This document shows positions 31,469 through 32,000 of a DNA stretch of 32,000 bases, one piece after another. The DNA comes from Candidatus Saccharimonadota bacterium. GTDB lineage: Bacteria; Pseudomonadota; Gammaproteobacteria; Enterobacterales; Enterobacteriaceae. The position numbers and the translations under genes are program-made. A model generated the notes under the pieces. The model saw only the letters and a program-made list of their open reading frames with translations. It was not told the DNA's origin and made no database searches. The stretch is taken from the NCBI RefSeq assembly GCF_004296475.1, contig NZ_AP018162.1:198547-230546 (forward strand). Reading direction: 5' to 3'. Each line of letters begins with the position of its first letter. Positions within the stretch are counted from its first letter, which is position 1.

Positions 31469-31825
31469 TTAATTTATATAATGATTTATTATTTTTTTTA
31501 ATAAAAATTTTAATTTCATAAAAATTAAAAAATTATTTTTTTTATCTATTGATTTATTTGGTATTACAATTAAATCTAAATTTATAGGTAATAAATTTTT
31601 ATTTAATCTAAATAATTCTTTTATTATTCTTTTTATTCTATTTCTATTATAAGAATTACTAACTTCTTTTTTTTTTATAATATAACCTATTCTAGAGATT
31701 TTTAAATTATTTTTTATAAAAAAAATTGATATATCTAATATTTTTATTGAATTATTAAATATTTTTTTATTAAAAAAATCACTTTTTTTTATTAAAAATT
31801 TTTTATTTAATGAAAATTTCTTCAT
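31469..31825 (-). CDS. rnpA: Ribonuclease P protein component
   Basis: 118-aa basic ORF with the RNR motif region 'NRNRIKRIIKELFR'. It lies immediately downstream of rpmH. Confidence 0.88.
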   Translation of the reverse strand: MKKFSLNKKFLIKKSDFFNKKIFNNSIKILDISIFFIKNNLKISRIGYIIKKKEVSNSYNRNRIKRIIKELFRLNKNLLPINLDLIVIPNKSIDKKNNFLIFMKLKFLLKKIINHYIN

Positions 31826-31832
31826 ATATAAT

Positions 31833-31970
31833 TTAAGCTACAATTAAATTATTTCTTTTTTTATTTCTTCTATTATTTAATATTTTTCTTCCAGATTTAG
31901 TTGACATTCTTATTCTAAATCCAATTTTTCTTTTACGTCTTATATTTGACGGTTGAAATGTTCTTTTCAT
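31833..31970 (-). CDS. rpmH: 50S ribosomal protein L34
   Basis: Too short for the ORF track. Hand translation from ATG 31970 gives [45 protein letters not shown], compared with E. coli L34 '[39 protein letters not shown]' (from memory). Confidence 0.92.
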   Translation of the reverse strand: MKRTFQPSNIRRKRKIGFRIRMSTKSGRKILNNRRNKKRNNLIVA

Positions 31971-32000
31971 AGTTTTTTATTAAAAATAATTTGAAAAAAA

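Overview
This window is gene-dense and extremely AT-rich. Coding and intergenic DNA is almost pure A/T, and only the rRNA and tRNA genes stand out as GC-richer islands. Gene order is Enterobacterales-like, so it reads as part of a drastically reduced genome of an obligate gammaproteobacterial endosymbiont, probably insect-associated. I cannot name the taxon from the sequence alone.

I can support 28 protein-coding loci, all housekeeping: ppiD (partial), lon, dnaQ, rnhA, argS, murJ, mnmA, ycfH, holB, rpmF, rplU, rpmA, obgE, greA, rlmE (frameshifted), ftsH, a putative secG, nusA, infB, rbfA, truB, rpsO, pnp, deaD, proS, mnmE, rnpA and rpmH. There is one complete rrn operon (16S, tRNA-Ile, tRNA-Ala, 23S, 5S, tRNA-Trp) and five further tRNAs (Asp, Tyr, Thr, Leu, initiator Met). 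Three genes are missing from the supplied ORF track and were found by hand translation: ppiD (open at the left edge), rpmF (54 aa) and rpmH (45 aa).

I see no mobile elements, CRISPR arrays, defence or toxin loci, secretion systems or orphan gene cassettes, so I do not claim a novel multi-gene system here. What deserves a second look is a set of reductive-evolution oddities, mostly in the translation apparatus:
- rlmE is broken only by a frame change inside a T10 tract that also forms a T TTT TTA slippery heptamer.
- The tRNA-Leu has an AAG (A34) anticodon.
- The tRNA-Tyr folds with an 8-nt anticodon loop and an over-long palindromic variable arm.
- The 5S rRNA carries a 25-nt AT insertion.
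- ProRS has a clean excision of the INS editing domain.
- NusA, IF2, TruB and S15 are pruned at the domain level.
- Conserved clusters show sharp deletion scars: rpmF|holB has lost the fab cluster, rnpA|mnmE has lost yidD and yidC, and ftsH|secG has lost folP and glmM.

All comparisons to E. coli sequences and lengths are from memory and should be confirmed by alignment.
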